A program made the translations under genes and the position numbers. The notes below the pieces were generated by a model. The model had not been told where the DNA came from, searched no databases, and saw only the letters and a program-made list of their open reading frames with translations. Below are positions 12,875 through 26,195 of a DNA stretch of 64,000 nt, one piece after another (the stretch's first letter is position 1; every line of letters begins with the position of its first letter). The stretch spans positions 186,001 to 250,000 of the forward strand of contig NW_026928590.1 of the NCBI RefSeq assembly GCF_032062105.1. The letters are read 5' to 3'. Origin of the DNA: Saccostrea cucullata. Taxonomy: Eukaryota.

Positions 12875-13689
12875 TAAACATTAGAATAGCTACTGAAATT
12901 GTACGGTCCTGTCTTCAAGCTTGTGTTTATATGTTTGTTTATATGTATATAATCATTCTGGTTGTAATATAAATTTAAAGTAGATAGAAAAACAAAATTA
13001 CATTGTATGTGTTGCCTATATTACAATGACTAAGGTCAAAAACGTATAAATCAGCTTGACATCAAGTTTGAAATAAGATTTATAAATATGCATTTATAAA
13101 GGCAAAAAATTGTCTTATTTTTTTTTACACTCATAGATGAAAAGTAGATTATAAGGTATGAATTTGATAGGTCAACGAGTGATATTGGAAAAAACTGGCA
13201 TAACCTGTTTTGGGACAGTTTACGTTTTAATTAGATTGATAAATAGTGTTGTTTTGTTTAAAAAAAATAATTTTTTAACTCAGTTTTTATCGACAGTTTC
13301 AGTTCGATGTTATTAAAGTTTTCATTAACAATATGACTCTAAAAGTTCGTTAGATTAGCTACTAGTTTCAATAATATATCATATGTTTTGCAATTGAAGA
13401 AGACAATTTCTCATATTTCTATCAAATAGAAATCAAATATTGTAATACAATACCATTCTTACTTTCAAATTTTGATAATTAATTTTGCATCGACTAGTCA
13501 TAATCAAAGAGAGGGTAAATTTCGTAAAATGTTAACAAGCTCTTAAGATTTCATTTCATGCCTAAAAAACTGGGGCAAAAATATGCTGTAATAAGACGCA
13601 CAACACAAGTTAAAGGAATTACTTGAAACATTATTGATACATGTTGAAAAATAAAAAGAACTGCTTAAAAAAAGTTTCTTTGCATAATT

Positions 13690-14465
13690 TTATGTATAAG
13701 AAGAAAAAAACGCTTACTGTGGTCATCAACTCGACAATTAAATTTATCAACGACGTATCATCAATTAACACTTAATAACCTACATTCTCAGGTCGGTTAA
13801 GTATATTTCAATGAGCTTTATATAAAAGATGCCACACAATCTGGCACAACTGTTTCATAATTGGATAATTCATTAGAGTAACACTACAACAAAGCTTTAT
13901 ATGATAAACGTTATGAATTCAACATTTCAGTTGTCAACTTCACGAAGCAACATACCCCTATAACCTATGTACGAGGTTCAGACCTCAGGGTTGATCAGAT
14001 ACCTAAGTGCATAATTTACTTACATACAATTTTTTCACTAAGCAACCCATCGACAAAGAAGTTGAAACAGGTGTATCAAAAATCTCGTTGAAAGTCATCA
14101 ATTTGCAAGTTCTATGGTCGATACATTTACTTTGACAGCAAATACAATCTATCTTCCAGACAAAAGTTGAACGATTTCTTTATCCAGTCAAGCTAGTGAC
14201 AAACAGCTTGAGAAAATAATGGTATCAACAGCATTGTTTGACATAATTCTTTCAAAATTTTAAGGTCGATACCTTCTCAGCAAATACAGACTGCACTGCA
14301 TCTTTAAGTGAAATGCTGATTGACATTTGTCGTACAAATCTAGGCTATAATTTTGGCCCATAATTGTCTACAGATTTTTTTCATTTTCCAAATCATAACA
14401 AAAGCACACGGTGGGTAAGAACGGTCGGCAGGGGATGCTCACTCCTTTTTGGCACCTGATCCCAT
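13690..14465 (+). mobile_element. Penelope-like retroelement RT C-terminal remnant plus tail
   Basis: Degenerate translations resemble PLE RT (DDVSSIN, LYDKRYEFN, RLKSS..KFYGRY); tail ggggatgctcactcc...ggcacctgatccca recurs many times in the window. Confidence 0.6.
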
Positions 14466-16239
14466 ATTCGTAAACATAATTCAATGTAATAATCTTAAAA
14501 TCTGCTATCCATTTTTGTGTGTAATTACATTCTGCGTTGACCTCGACGCAAAATGTTGTTACCCTAAATGCAATAATCCCGAATTGTTACATTATTACAT
14601 TTTGCGTTGTAATATGCTTTACTAGTCCACTCAATCTAGCTCAAAAACACCCAAACCTCAATCAAATTGCAACGGAAATAATTCCAGTGGAATTTTGTTA
14701 TTTATAATGTGCCTTTTGATATATCAAAACTCTAATAAAATATATTTCTCCAAACATCATTTTTTTTCAATTATCAAAAAACCCAATATTTGTTCAAAAA
14801 TGCCAATAAATCTCCTTTTGAATAATCATTCAATTTATGCATAAAAATACGGTAGTTTTGCCAGGTATATGGACTTGAATTTTTTTTACAGTCATGCAGG
14901 AATGCGTCTGCAAACTGAAACCGGTGATTATATCATTAGTTGCTATGGATTCCTGTTCCCATGGCACAGAAATAACAGAAAAAATAAAACTATTCCAATT
15001 CCTTAGTACAGCTTTGTGCAGGGATAAAAATATGTAGCTATATACACTGTAGTAAGAATGAATTATTAGTCTATTAATGAGGACTGAAGATAATTTTAAT
15101 ATGATAGGTGATAATGTAAGCACAGACATCGAAGGGTTTTTTTTCAGTGGGAGGGGGTTCAAATCTCACAGTTGTTAAGTCTCATAATTTTTTGACAAGC
15201 AAAAATAAATAAACAAACAAGTAATGATAAAAAGTAAATAAGAAGAATAAAATTATTATAGGGGATATGGATATACGGTATACCGGTATATCTTGCAATT
15301 TTTATTGTGATACGGAGACCTTAATACCAGTATTCAGGACATATCATAAAGTCCAGAAATTATTCATTAATATCTTATTTATTCAACCTTTCAAATAAGA
15401 ATTAAAGAAAGTCTAAGAAAGTTTTAAAAGGTGAAAAGAACGGAACCTTACCATCCCAACATGATAAATTTTATGAAGTTAAAAATTTCAAAAAAGTTAA
15501 ATTTGGTTTTTCTAGCATATTTTGAAGAAAAATAATGTCATCATAAATAATTGTAAAAATTGCTTGTAAAAATATCATGACATTATCGTGATATTTTGGG
15601 AAAAAATCGTGATATATCGTGATACGGAAATTTGGCGATAATCATCCCCATATAAAATTACTTCAAAATTCAAAACCTCTTTCAGGGAATGGGGTGGTCT
15701 TTTTTATAAGGTACATGTATATGACTTCTTGACATTTTAATGAAGGACATTACATACCTTATAACCTTATAACTCTAAAAATCTCAGAGGGAGCAGGCTC
15801 ATGCAGCCCCTCCCCGACAAATCTACCTTTATATCAAGGCATATATATGCATGGGAAATGCATTTGAAATATGTTATATCTATATTTAAGTAAAACCTGA
15901 ACAGAGTCTCATAAAAGTCAGACCCCCCTCCCCCTTTGCTTTTATTTGAAACGTTAAAGATTTAAAAGAAAAAAAATCATAAAATCCACTAAAGATGCCT
16001 TGAAATCCCTAAAAATGCATTAATTATTATCTTGAAACTGGAACTGGTTCCTCTCCTAAATGTTAATCTCAAAAGTACTCAATATAGCATTCGAATTGCT
16101 TCTCGCTGTATTCAATATAATGTCCATTGCTAGTTTTAATATTATTTCGGATTTATTTTGTAATTTTGTGTGTGGTGGGAATATCAAATTTTTAATTAAG
16201 CTATTGGCACTTTGAAGTAAACGTTCCAGAACTTCCGGA

Positions 16240-16550
16240 TGAGAGCGTTTCATGATACATGTAAGCGTTGGCATGATAAAGAACCCTGCCTGCTCAATGG
16301 CCCTAAGCGCCGAGTAAAAGTCTAAAAAAAAAAAAAAAGCCCTTTGGTATATGGTGAAATTTTTATTTGAGTAAGCAGGGCGTAAACCATCATTCAATCA
16401 ACCGATCTGGGTCCTTTGGATGAGACCTATAAACCGAGGTCCGAGTAAGGGACAAAATTTGCAGCTCTCCACCTGCAAGTGCATGGTGGCGTCTCCACAA
16501 TAGTGAAAAATTCTCATGACAAGAGAGATGTTAAACAAAAATCAAACAAA
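16240..16550 (+). mobile_element. SINE-like repeat fragments
   Basis: ggcatgataaagaaccctgcctgctcaatggccctaagcgccgag and gatgagacctataaaccgaggtcc shared with 16720-16830 and 47650-47840; CAAT/CAAA tails. Confidence 0.55.
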
Positions 16551-18269
16551 CTAGCGCTATTTATCTATGGCATAGAGTCTTTCTTATGACAATGAAAATT
16601 TTCTATGCAGTTTTAAATGATAAATTTTACTTATTGTGAAAGGAAAACAGTATTTTTAATAAGGTTTCCTATATATGCATGTGTATTTTGGATAATTTTT
16701 ATTTAAGTAAAAGGTTCTCGAGTGGGGCGTCAAACAACATAAAATCAACCAATCTGGGCCCTTTAGATGAGACCTACAAACCGAGATCCCACGAAAAAGA
16801 TCCCTCACAGCTATAATTTGGAAAAGTCGAAAATATTGTGTAATTTTTAAAAAGCTGAAATGCACCAATCTATTAGATAATAGGATTTATTTTTTAAAAA
16901 TTTATGAAAATCTTACAATGTGGCCTATTTCAAAGACTTCCCATATAGTTAAATCCCATGTGTGAACCTACTTGGCTCCAGGGTTATGTTAAGAACTAAC
17001 CAGAAGCCAAATGTGAATCAAAGTGATTCATAATGTTTAAGAAATATGTTTACAAATTACATGTGCAATAAAATAAGTGTACATAATGAGCACCATTACA
17101 ATACTGAATACACACACACATGTCAAGAATATGGCCATTTTTTTTAAAATAATGCTTATTCTATGTAAATAAACAATTTAAAAAATAAATAATGCTTCTC
17201 CAGACTCAGGGTAAAATTATTTGGAAAATCCTTTTTCCAGAAAATTTTAACATATTTGTTGACGAGAAAAGAGGGATATAAAGAAAAAAAAATTAAAACA
17301 TGTCCTGGAATGATAAAGAAAAGTTTTGAGTCAGTCGGTCGGTCGGGAGAGGGCAACCAATTATTCTTTAAGATGTTCTAAATAAATCTAAATTACATGT
17401 ATTTTTAGTCGCAAAGTAGATCACACTAATAAAATCAACATTCTAAAGAAGAAAAAAATCTTTAAAAAACAAAGTCAAACAACAAAAATTAAATTTTTAG
17501 CTTATAAAATATTTATATAAGTTGCAATAAAACCACTAACATCTCTCCATAGATTATTTTCCATCTAGTAAAGGAGAAGTTAACATTACACTTAGAGATA
17601 TATAAAATTCTCAAATCTTATAACCTCAGTATTAAGAAAAAATTTAAACCCTGGAAAGTATACAAAATGAGTTATTCATTTGATTATGCTTGTTTAAAAT
17701 GCAAAGAGGTTTGTTTACTGTGTAAAATTGTCTCCCTTGCTGCATATGGTGGCACATTTCTGCAATACATATTTTTTCAAACTAGTAAATATTTATTTCT
17801 AAAAAAGATACTTACGCCTTATATTTTTCTAGAGTTTTTATATGTTAATTAGAATACAATTTACCAATTATAATTTAAGAAAAACATTCTGTTGCAATTT
17901 GTTGAAGGTTTATGATAGTTTGACTGGACTATTAGCCAAAATGTTTTGAGACCAAAGGGTCACAATGCTCAAAAAAAATTTTTATCAGCACTTTTTACCC
18001 ATTGAAACATTGATCACAAATTGTGGTCCCACTCGATCATAAAAAGTCGTGACTTGAATAAAGATGAATCTTCACTCCACCCAAAGATCCTTATAGTAGA
18101 ATATGATCATTAATCATGACTTTGATGCTCCTGAGGAAACATAAAAGACTTTTCTGATCCATTAAAATTGTATGTACTGATTGCCATTGTGTTTCCACCA
18201 AACCAGATGACATCATTACCTGTGGATGTTTCCAAAAGATGTATGACTACTCAAGCTCAATTTAATTAA

Positions 18270-19113
18270 AACAAGAGGCCCACGGGCCTTATAGGTCACC
18301 TGAGCATCATGCAACAACATTCAAATGATTGAATTTGTTTCATGTTTTAAGCTAGATGCTAAGGCATTCACAATTTTGGAAGAGGCACTCTTGCTATTCA
18401 TAACTATGTACTTAGTTAGTTTATTTAAAACCTAGGAGCAGAGAAGAAGATTTTCAAAGATTTAATGCATTTTCACTATATAATCAATAGAGCCCCGCCC
18501 TAACACCAGAACCCCTGACCCTGGGGCCATAAAATTCACAATTTTGGTAGAGGCACTCTTGCTCATCATAACTATGTACTTAGTTAGTTTATTTAAAACC
18601 TAGGAGCAGAGAAGAAGATTTTCAAAGATTTAATGCATATTCACTATATAATCAATAGAGCCCCGCCCTAACACCAGAACCCCTGACCCTGGGGCCATGA
18701 GTTTCACAATTTTGGTAGAGGCACTCTTGTTCATCATAACTATTTACTTAGTTAGTTTATTTAAAACCTAGGAGCAGAGAAGAAGATTTTCAAAGATTTA
18801 ATACATTTTTACTATATAAACAATAGAGCCCTGCCCTAACACCAGAACCCCTGACCCTGGGGCCATGAGTTTCACAATTTTGGTAGAGGCACTTTTGCTC
18901 ATCATAATTATTTACTGAATTAGTGTATTTAATACCTAGGAGCAGAGAAGAAGATTTTCAAAGATTTAATGCATTTTTATTATATAATCAATATAGAGCC
19001 CCGCCCTAACACCAGAACCCCTGACCCTGGGGCCATAAAATTCACAATTTATGAAGAGACACTCTTGCTCATCATAACTATGTGCTTAATTAGTTTATTT
19101 AATACTCAGGAAC

Positions 19114-19146
<33 letters not shown>

Positions 19147-19732
19147 GCACTATATAATCAATAGAGCCCCACCCTAACACCAGAACCCCTGACCCTGGGG
19201 CCATAAAATTCACAAATTTGGTAGAGCCACTCTTGCTCATCATAACTATGAACTTAATTTGTTTATTTAATACCCAGGAGCAGAGAAGAAGATTTTTAAA
19301 GACTTACTGCATTTTCACATATAATCAATAGAGCCCCGCCCTAACACCAGAACCCCTGACCCTGGGGCTATGAATTTCACAATTTTGGTAGAGGACTCAA
19401 TGCTGATTACAATCATACCAACAGTTTGACTGCTTGATGTCCGGGAGTAAAGAAGAAGATTTTTAAAGATTGCACTATTTTTAGTGGTTTTTGCCCCACC
19501 CCCCAGGCCCCAGGGGGGCGGGGACCATGAAATTCACAATTTTTGTTCCCCTTCACCCATAGATGCTATATGCCAAATTTGGTTGAAATTGGTTCAGTGG
19601 TTTCAGAGAAGAAGCTGAAAATGTTTAAATGTTAACGCACGACGCACGACGCACAACGCACGACGGACGACGGACGACGACGGACAAAAACGGATAGCAA
19701 TAGGTCACCTGAGTTTACTCAGGTGACCTAAT
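18270..19732 (-). mobile_element. Helentron-type non-autonomous element carrying a 168-bp satellite array
   Basis: TAGGTCACCTGAG subTIR at both ends with IR at 19701-19730; GACG/GACGCAC microsatellite at ~19636-19686; AGGCCC-AC-GGGCCT terminal hairpin. Confidence 0.85.
18371..19545. repeat. Tandem satellite, ~7 copies of a 168-bp monomer (resembles the oyster ~166-170-bp satellite family)
   Basis: caattttgg anchor at 18371, 18539, 18707, 18875 and onward, period 168. Confidence 0.9.
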
Positions 19733-20816
19733 AAGGCTTTAGATCCGCTCACATACTTGCTTTACTTATATCTAACAGCATCCCATAGAGGGTCACGTCA
19801 GAAATCAAATTCGTAACAGCTCTAGACTTATACGCTTATGTTGCTAGATGTTACATGTAGTGTAGCGAGTAAGCAAACAGATATAACATCTAATTTGAAT
19901 AAGATTGACTCAGGCTTTGCTGTTTTTCAAGAAGAATGGTTTTCTATGTAATCCTATTTAAAACTAAGTTCCCCCATCCTGGCATTACTCTACCAACAAG
20001 GGTCATGGCTTGACAAAAATCTTAATCTACACTATGTCAGGAGGCTTTCACATAAGTTTCATCTTGAGAGGAAGTTTTTAAATTGACCCTATCAACTTTT
20101 TTTTCATCATTATCTCTTAATGGAAGAGGACGTGGCCCTTCGTTTGAATGAATTTAAACCCCCCTTTACCAAAGGATACACTAGTTGCAACTGGACCATA
20201 GGAAGATGAAATTTAAAGAATTTTATAAAAAGAACAACAAAGACAACGACGAACAACAGACAATTTTTTTCAGAAAAATCACATGAGCCTCTGGCTCGGG
20301 TGAGCTAAAACTCAAATATCATGAATGTAATCAATTTACCAATTTTCCATTTGCTCTTGCAGTTTTAAAGTTATTTTTATGTTATAAAATATATTTCTTA
20401 AAAGTACATAATAGAGCTAATACTTTTCTAATGCTTTAAAATTATAAAATGTGATGCTAAATTCTCATAACGTTTTACATTTCAGCATTTTGAAAAGCAG
20501 GGTATTTAAATCTCCGTCTAGACAAGGAAGTTTAAACATCCGACAGGTAAATAACACAGGTATGTCGCGTGATCAGACAACAGAAATAAACATAGGTGTC
20601 CACCATTACTGAACTGTCAGGTAAAAAATTACTGAAACATTAATTAGTCTGAAATCATTTAAGTTTAGTAGGTTTTCACCATGGAGAACAAAATTCATGA
20701 ATTTCCTAAGTCCATCTTAGATGCAAGATGGATGTCTTCATTTAACTTTTGTAAATATTCCTACTAAGAATGTAAAGTTTTTACTTTCAGATTGATAGAT
20801 ACCTTTAAAATTAATC

Positions 20817-22478
20817 ATGGACCCCCGTACCAGTGCCCAGGACGTGATGCGATGTGACCTCTGTGAAATTGCTGTGGTACAGATGCATTGTGATACGTGT
20901 CATGTCAAACTATGTACATTTTGTGTAGGAAAACATATGATATCTGATGAATCCAAGGATCACATAGTCGTCAAATTTCAGTCCAGGAAATCTACTCCCC
21001 TCTACGCTGGATGTACATTTCATAGCAAGGAACAATGTGAAATGTACTGTAATCAATGCGATATTCCAGTCTGCAATACCTGCATAGCATCTGATCAACA
21101 TCTTGGTCATAAGTTTTTCAAAATTGTACATATTTTAAAATAGAAAGAAAATTATGCAAGGTTTAACTGAATTAAATGAAACAATTTATCCAACCTACCA
21201 GGACATTGCCTCTGATGTACAAAACAAAATACGTCAGTAAAAAAAGGAGTATGGAGGTCTCTCATCGGCCATAACAAAACATCGAGAGAAATTGACAAAA
21301 TTGTCAAGAAACTAAAAACTGAAGTTGATGAGATGAAGACCACACAGTTACAAACTCTACAGAAACATCTGGATGAAATAAACAAGACAATGTCTGGCAT
21401 CAAGGATGAAATCAATGCAGGAAACAAAGCTACTGAAAGTGATAACTTATCAAATATTTTTAGCATAAATTCTAAAGTAGATTTATACAGAAGTCTTCCA
21501 CACAAAATTATGCCATTTTTACCCAAATTCAAGCCGGGAAAAAACCAAGGAGAAAAACTCAGTAAAGTATTTGGAAGTTTATCGTCAGGTTCTCTTACTT
21601 CAGACAAACATGGCTACGGCATGAAGACAACAAAGAAATCACCAGAAGCTGGATCCTCTCCTCCAGTCAAAGAGCTGCTTGATGAAACAGAAATTGCCGC
21701 CACCATAGACACTGGGTATGGAGTACTTTACAGTGTGGCCTGTCTGAGTGATGAAAAAATCTGGACAAGTGGCTATGATAAAACCATGAACCTCTTCAGC
21801 ATCAATCAGGGATCAGTACTAAAGTCAATCAGAACTAAGTCAGGGAGATGGCCATATGACATAGCAGTGACAAAAAGTGGTAATCTACTATATACTGATT
21901 ACAATGATAGAACTGTGAACATTGTGAAGAATGAGAAGATAGAGGAGGTGATCAGAATACAGAACTGGAGACCTTGGGGTCTCTGTAGTACCTCCTCTGA
22001 TGACCTCCTGGTTATTATATACAGTGATGATAACAAACAGTCAAAAGTTGTCCATTACTCAGGCTCCACAGAGAAAAAAATCATTCAGTTTGATGACATA
22101 GGCAATTTTTCTAGTCCTTATTACAGATACATAACTGAGAACAGGAACCTGGATATCTGTGTGTCTGACAGTAGAGCTAAAGCAGTAGTAGTGGTCAATC
22201 AGGCCGGGAAACTGAGATTCAGGTACACTGGACATAGTCCTGCTCCAAAGAACAAACCATTCAGTCAACGAGGAATTTCCACAGACAGTCATAGTCACAT
22301 CCTTTCAGCTGATGAATACAATGACTGTGTCCACATCATAGACCAAGTTGGACAGTTCCTCCATTACATAGTCTGTGGACTGAGTGATCCCTGGGGACTT
22401 TGTACAGATACAAATGACAATCTGTTTGATGCTCAGTATGGAAACAGACAGATGAAAAAATTGAAATATCTGCAATAA
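20817..22478 (+). pseudogene. RING-less TRIM-like gene (two B-boxes, coiled coil, NHL beta-propeller), disrupted
   Basis: B-box1 CDLC...CDTC...C..C...H, B-box2 C..H...C..YC..CD...C..C...H..H; NHL repeats (PYDIAVT, PWGLC, ITENRNLDICVSD, RGISTD); TAG at 21141, TAA at 21238 and two frameshifts in the coiled coil; AATAAA overlaps the stop. Confidence 0.85.
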
Positions 22479-22769
22479 ATAGATCAATGTGTTTTAGGCT
22501 CTATATAAATAATAGAGATACCCTTTCTTACTGATATACCAGTATGCTGCACAATGCACAAAAGAGAATCGTATATTTTTTCATCAATCTTATAAATTTT
22601 AATCATGTATATCTTAAGGGAATTGTAAACCGTATTTGTAGAAGTAAAAATGCTGCATGCAAAAATTGTTTTGATTAATTATTAGAATTTTTAAAAAATA
22701 TTATTACACTGTATTATTAAAATGAGTACTGTACACAGGTATATTTTCAATACAGTCTATCAAAATGTA

Positions 22770-23221
22770 CTGTAAATTATAAACTCGGTAAAGCGTTAGC
22801 AAAACACCTGCTGGGCCTTAATGATCCCTGAGTCGGTGAGTTTTGTAAGGATTTCTAATAGTATGTGAGGCAAATTTTTATTTCCATTATCGATGAAATT
22901 TTATAGACTGTTGCACTTGGTCAGCTTAGAAATTCACACAAACCGTCATGTAGTAACATTTTTTGTTTCAACCTGTTGAATGGATAAATATGTAATACAA
23001 TAAATAGCAGTTCTTTAATCTCGGACAGTTTGTTGATAATAATGCAATTCTCATTATTATTTAACAGTCATGTTTTTAAGTAAATAACTCACACATTGAC
23101 GGGCTAAATCATGACATTGTTTCGCCAACCTGGAGTCCGTGCATTTCAAACAGGATATCACTATATGAATAATAAAGTAAAAAAAACAACACAGACAGAA
23201 TGTACAATTCCGAAACATACA
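22770..23221 (-). repeat. Probable 3' LTR of the BEL/Pao remnant
   Basis: Minus strand GGGAG followed by TGT just after the integrase C-terminus; distal boundary is a guess. Confidence 0.35.
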
Positions 23222-24430
23222 CTCCCAACACCATTTGTCTGGAGATATCAAAAAGTTCACATTAATTTTACATTTACACCTGTTATTTAACTGGAAGAAT
23301 CAAAACAAATCGTCTAACCGATCTGCAAAGCTCAGTATCTGGACAACTGCAATAATTAGGATCTTGGTTCAGATTTTTGTATTTAAGTTTCACATTCCAA
23401 ACTTTTCCATCACTTCCTGGGTTTGATTCCGAAATTTGTGCCAGTTTCCATTGACCATGCACATTATATGAATCTAGAACAAATACAATGTCACCATTTT
23501 GAATGTTTCTCCTTTCATAAAGCCACTTCTGTCTTATGATAACGGTATGCCAGAAATCTCGTGTCCATCTTTTCCAAAATGTATCCACCACACGCTGAAC
23601 AAATTTCCATCTTATTCTGGGGACCCTGCAATCATCCCAGTCTCCTACAGGGACTCTGGTGCTTGCCTTACTTAACAATATATCGTTAGGACAAAGATAT
23701 GTATCTTCAATATGGTCGCAATTCTTAGTACCAATGGGATGTTCATTAAAAACTAAAAGTAAAAATATTTACAACTTTTTGCAATTCTTTCCCGACAGCA
23801 ATTAGTTAAGGACCTGCATCGGAAATCAATTTTCTGGGATATCCCCTTGGATATCCCCTGATGGAAACAAAACGTTGCAGTACCATAAGGAAACTGATCA
23901 TATCAATTCATTCTGCTACATCAATATATAGTGCTCTTGAAACTAAGCAATTAAACAAGACACCATAACTTTTCCCATGGGTCCTCTTCTTAATTGCGTC
24001 CTTGATTACGAGAGGTCCAAACAAATCAACAGCACACATATAGAAGGGAGGGATCAGTTTAAGTCTTGTCTCTGGCACTGGACCCATCTGACTTTGCATT
24101 ATTTGAATTTTCTTCTACATATTACACACCTTTGATATTTGGGAACGGATAATTGCGGAATCAGGAAATTGAATTACTCTCTGAAATGTAAAAGTCATAC
24201 TTTCCACAATTGTTTCTCTTGTTCTAGCTGACATCACAGCACAGCACCGCAAAGGTCAAGCCTTGAAATGGAAAGTTGCTCCATTGGCGCAATCCAATTT
24301 TTTGCAAAAATTAATCTGACTTCATAAGTGTCTCAAGCAGTCTCCAATCTTACGTACACACACGCTCCAAAAGCAAGATTGCTGCCATCAGAAAAAAAAC
24401 CACCAAGACTGGATTTCCAAAGACAGTAGG
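23222..24430 (-). mobile_element. BEL/Pao LTR retrotransposon pol remnant (RNase H, integrase, C-terminal DUF5641-like region)
   Basis: FSDGSNLAFGACVYVR...AKNWIAP...SRLDLCGAV; AVDLFGPL...KSYGVLFNCLVSRALYIDV; VDTFWKRW...KW....NIQNGDIV...WKLAQI...PGSDGKV...RSVRR; many deletions. Confidence 0.85.
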
Positions 24431-25219
24431 TAGGCTCGGATTTGCGTACCTAATTTTACCAACACTCGTAGCGAACACCTCTGCCACCTAACGTTATAAT
24501 GCCGCAATGAATTCGGACAACTTGTATTCGTCTTCCTTGAATATGCTTCATTGTTTGCGTAATTAAGTTTCCAACGGAAGACCTTATTGTTTTCGTTCTG
24601 TTTCTTTTTCCCTCTTCTTCTTATTATTATTAAGGTCTTCCGTCTCCAACGGAAGACCTTATTGTTTTCGTTCGGTTTCTTTTTCCCTATTATTATTATT
24701 AGGGTCTTCCGTCTCCAGCGGAAGACCCTTCTATTATTCTATTGTTTCTTTTTCACTTTTATTATTATTTTTTTCTTTACACATTTTTGTGCAGACGATT
24801 TCTCAGAGATGCTTGAGTCGATTGACTTGAAATTTTCAGGAATGATGTATCATGAACTAAACCTTATTCATATTTTTTATTTTTCTAAAAAATCACTTCC
24901 GGTTGGAAGTTATCGCCCTTTAATCGAATTTTAGTGACCATTTTGTCCGGACAAAAACTCAAAAACGAAAAAAAGCTAGAATGCTGTCATTTTCAGGACT
25001 AAGAGACAACATATTGTAGTTTTGCACCTATACTTTCAAATTTTCCAGAAGTGCTTAGTATGGAAGCTCGGTAGGGGTCGAAATCTAGGACACGAAACAT
25101 GACTGATTTTTTGAGACATTTTGTATTATATCTTTTAAAGTATAATTATTTGGTTAAAACAATTATTTGGTTAAAACGTACTGAACAAAATTTGTGCAGA
25201 ATGACAAGATCTTTAATAT

Positions 25220-26195
25220 GACATCAAGAAAAAAGTGCTGACTCATCACATTAGGGGCCAAGAGGGGCCAAAAGTCTTTTTTCGATAACTCTTAAACAAT
25301 CAATATTTTGTTAAACATTACAGAAGCAAAAATGTTAATCTCAACAATTTACAACTACATATTATAAATTTAATATCGTATGTTACATAATTAGGGGCCA
25401 CAAGGGGCAAGAATGCTAAATCTTTGACGCTTTATATCTCAAAAGTGGGAAATATTTTGATAAGTGATATTGAACAAAATATGTTCAAAATCATGTTTCA
25501 AAAAATATGCAACCTTTAATTTATCGCTATACGTCCCCTTTAAGGAGTTAAAGGGTTGGCCCCTAATTATTTCTTTTGCAAATAACTCGAAAACGAAAAA
25601 GAATATTTGAATAATAGTTGAATGAAAAGTGTTCAAAATACTGAGAGCTTTAAGATGAGATCAAGAAAAAGGGGCTGGGCACTCAAATTAAGGGCCGAGA
25701 GGGGCCAAAACTCTTTAATTAATAACTCTTTGGCAGTCAATATTTTATTATACATTACTGAAGCAAAAATGTTTATCTCAACAATCTAAAACTGTATATT
25801 ATGTTTTGAATGTCGTATGGTGTATAATAAGGGGCCATAAGGGGCCAAAATGCTAAATCTGTGATGCTCTATATCTCAAAAGTGGGAAATAGTTTGATAA
25901 GTAATATTGAATAAAAGATGTTCAAAATAATGTTCTGAACAATATGCAACCTTTCATTTTTCAAGGTTGAAGGTTTGGCCCCTAAATATTTCTTTTTCAA
26001 ATAACTCGAAATCGGAAGATAATCTCTGAATAGTTGTTGATCAAAAAGTGTTCAAAAACATGAGATCATTAAGATAAAATCCAGAAAAAGGGGCTGGGTA
26101 CTCAAATTAGGGGCCGAGAGGGGCCAGAAGTCTTTAATCGATAACTCTTTATCAGTAAATATTTTGTTATACAATACTGAAGCAAAAATGTTTGA
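25220..26195. repeat. Degenerate ~430-bp tandem repeat inside a Helentron-type element
   Basis: caagaaaaa...ttaggggcc...gaggggcca motif recurring at ~25225, ~25660 and ~26080. Confidence 0.7.

Noticed and set aside
15257-15650. Possible hAT-like MITE with ATCGTGATA repeats
   Set aside because: Termini too degenerate to define TIR or TSD
18371-19545. Regular repeats as a CRISPR array
   Set aside because: Head-to-tail 168-bp monomers with no unique spacers, eukaryotic context, no cas genes
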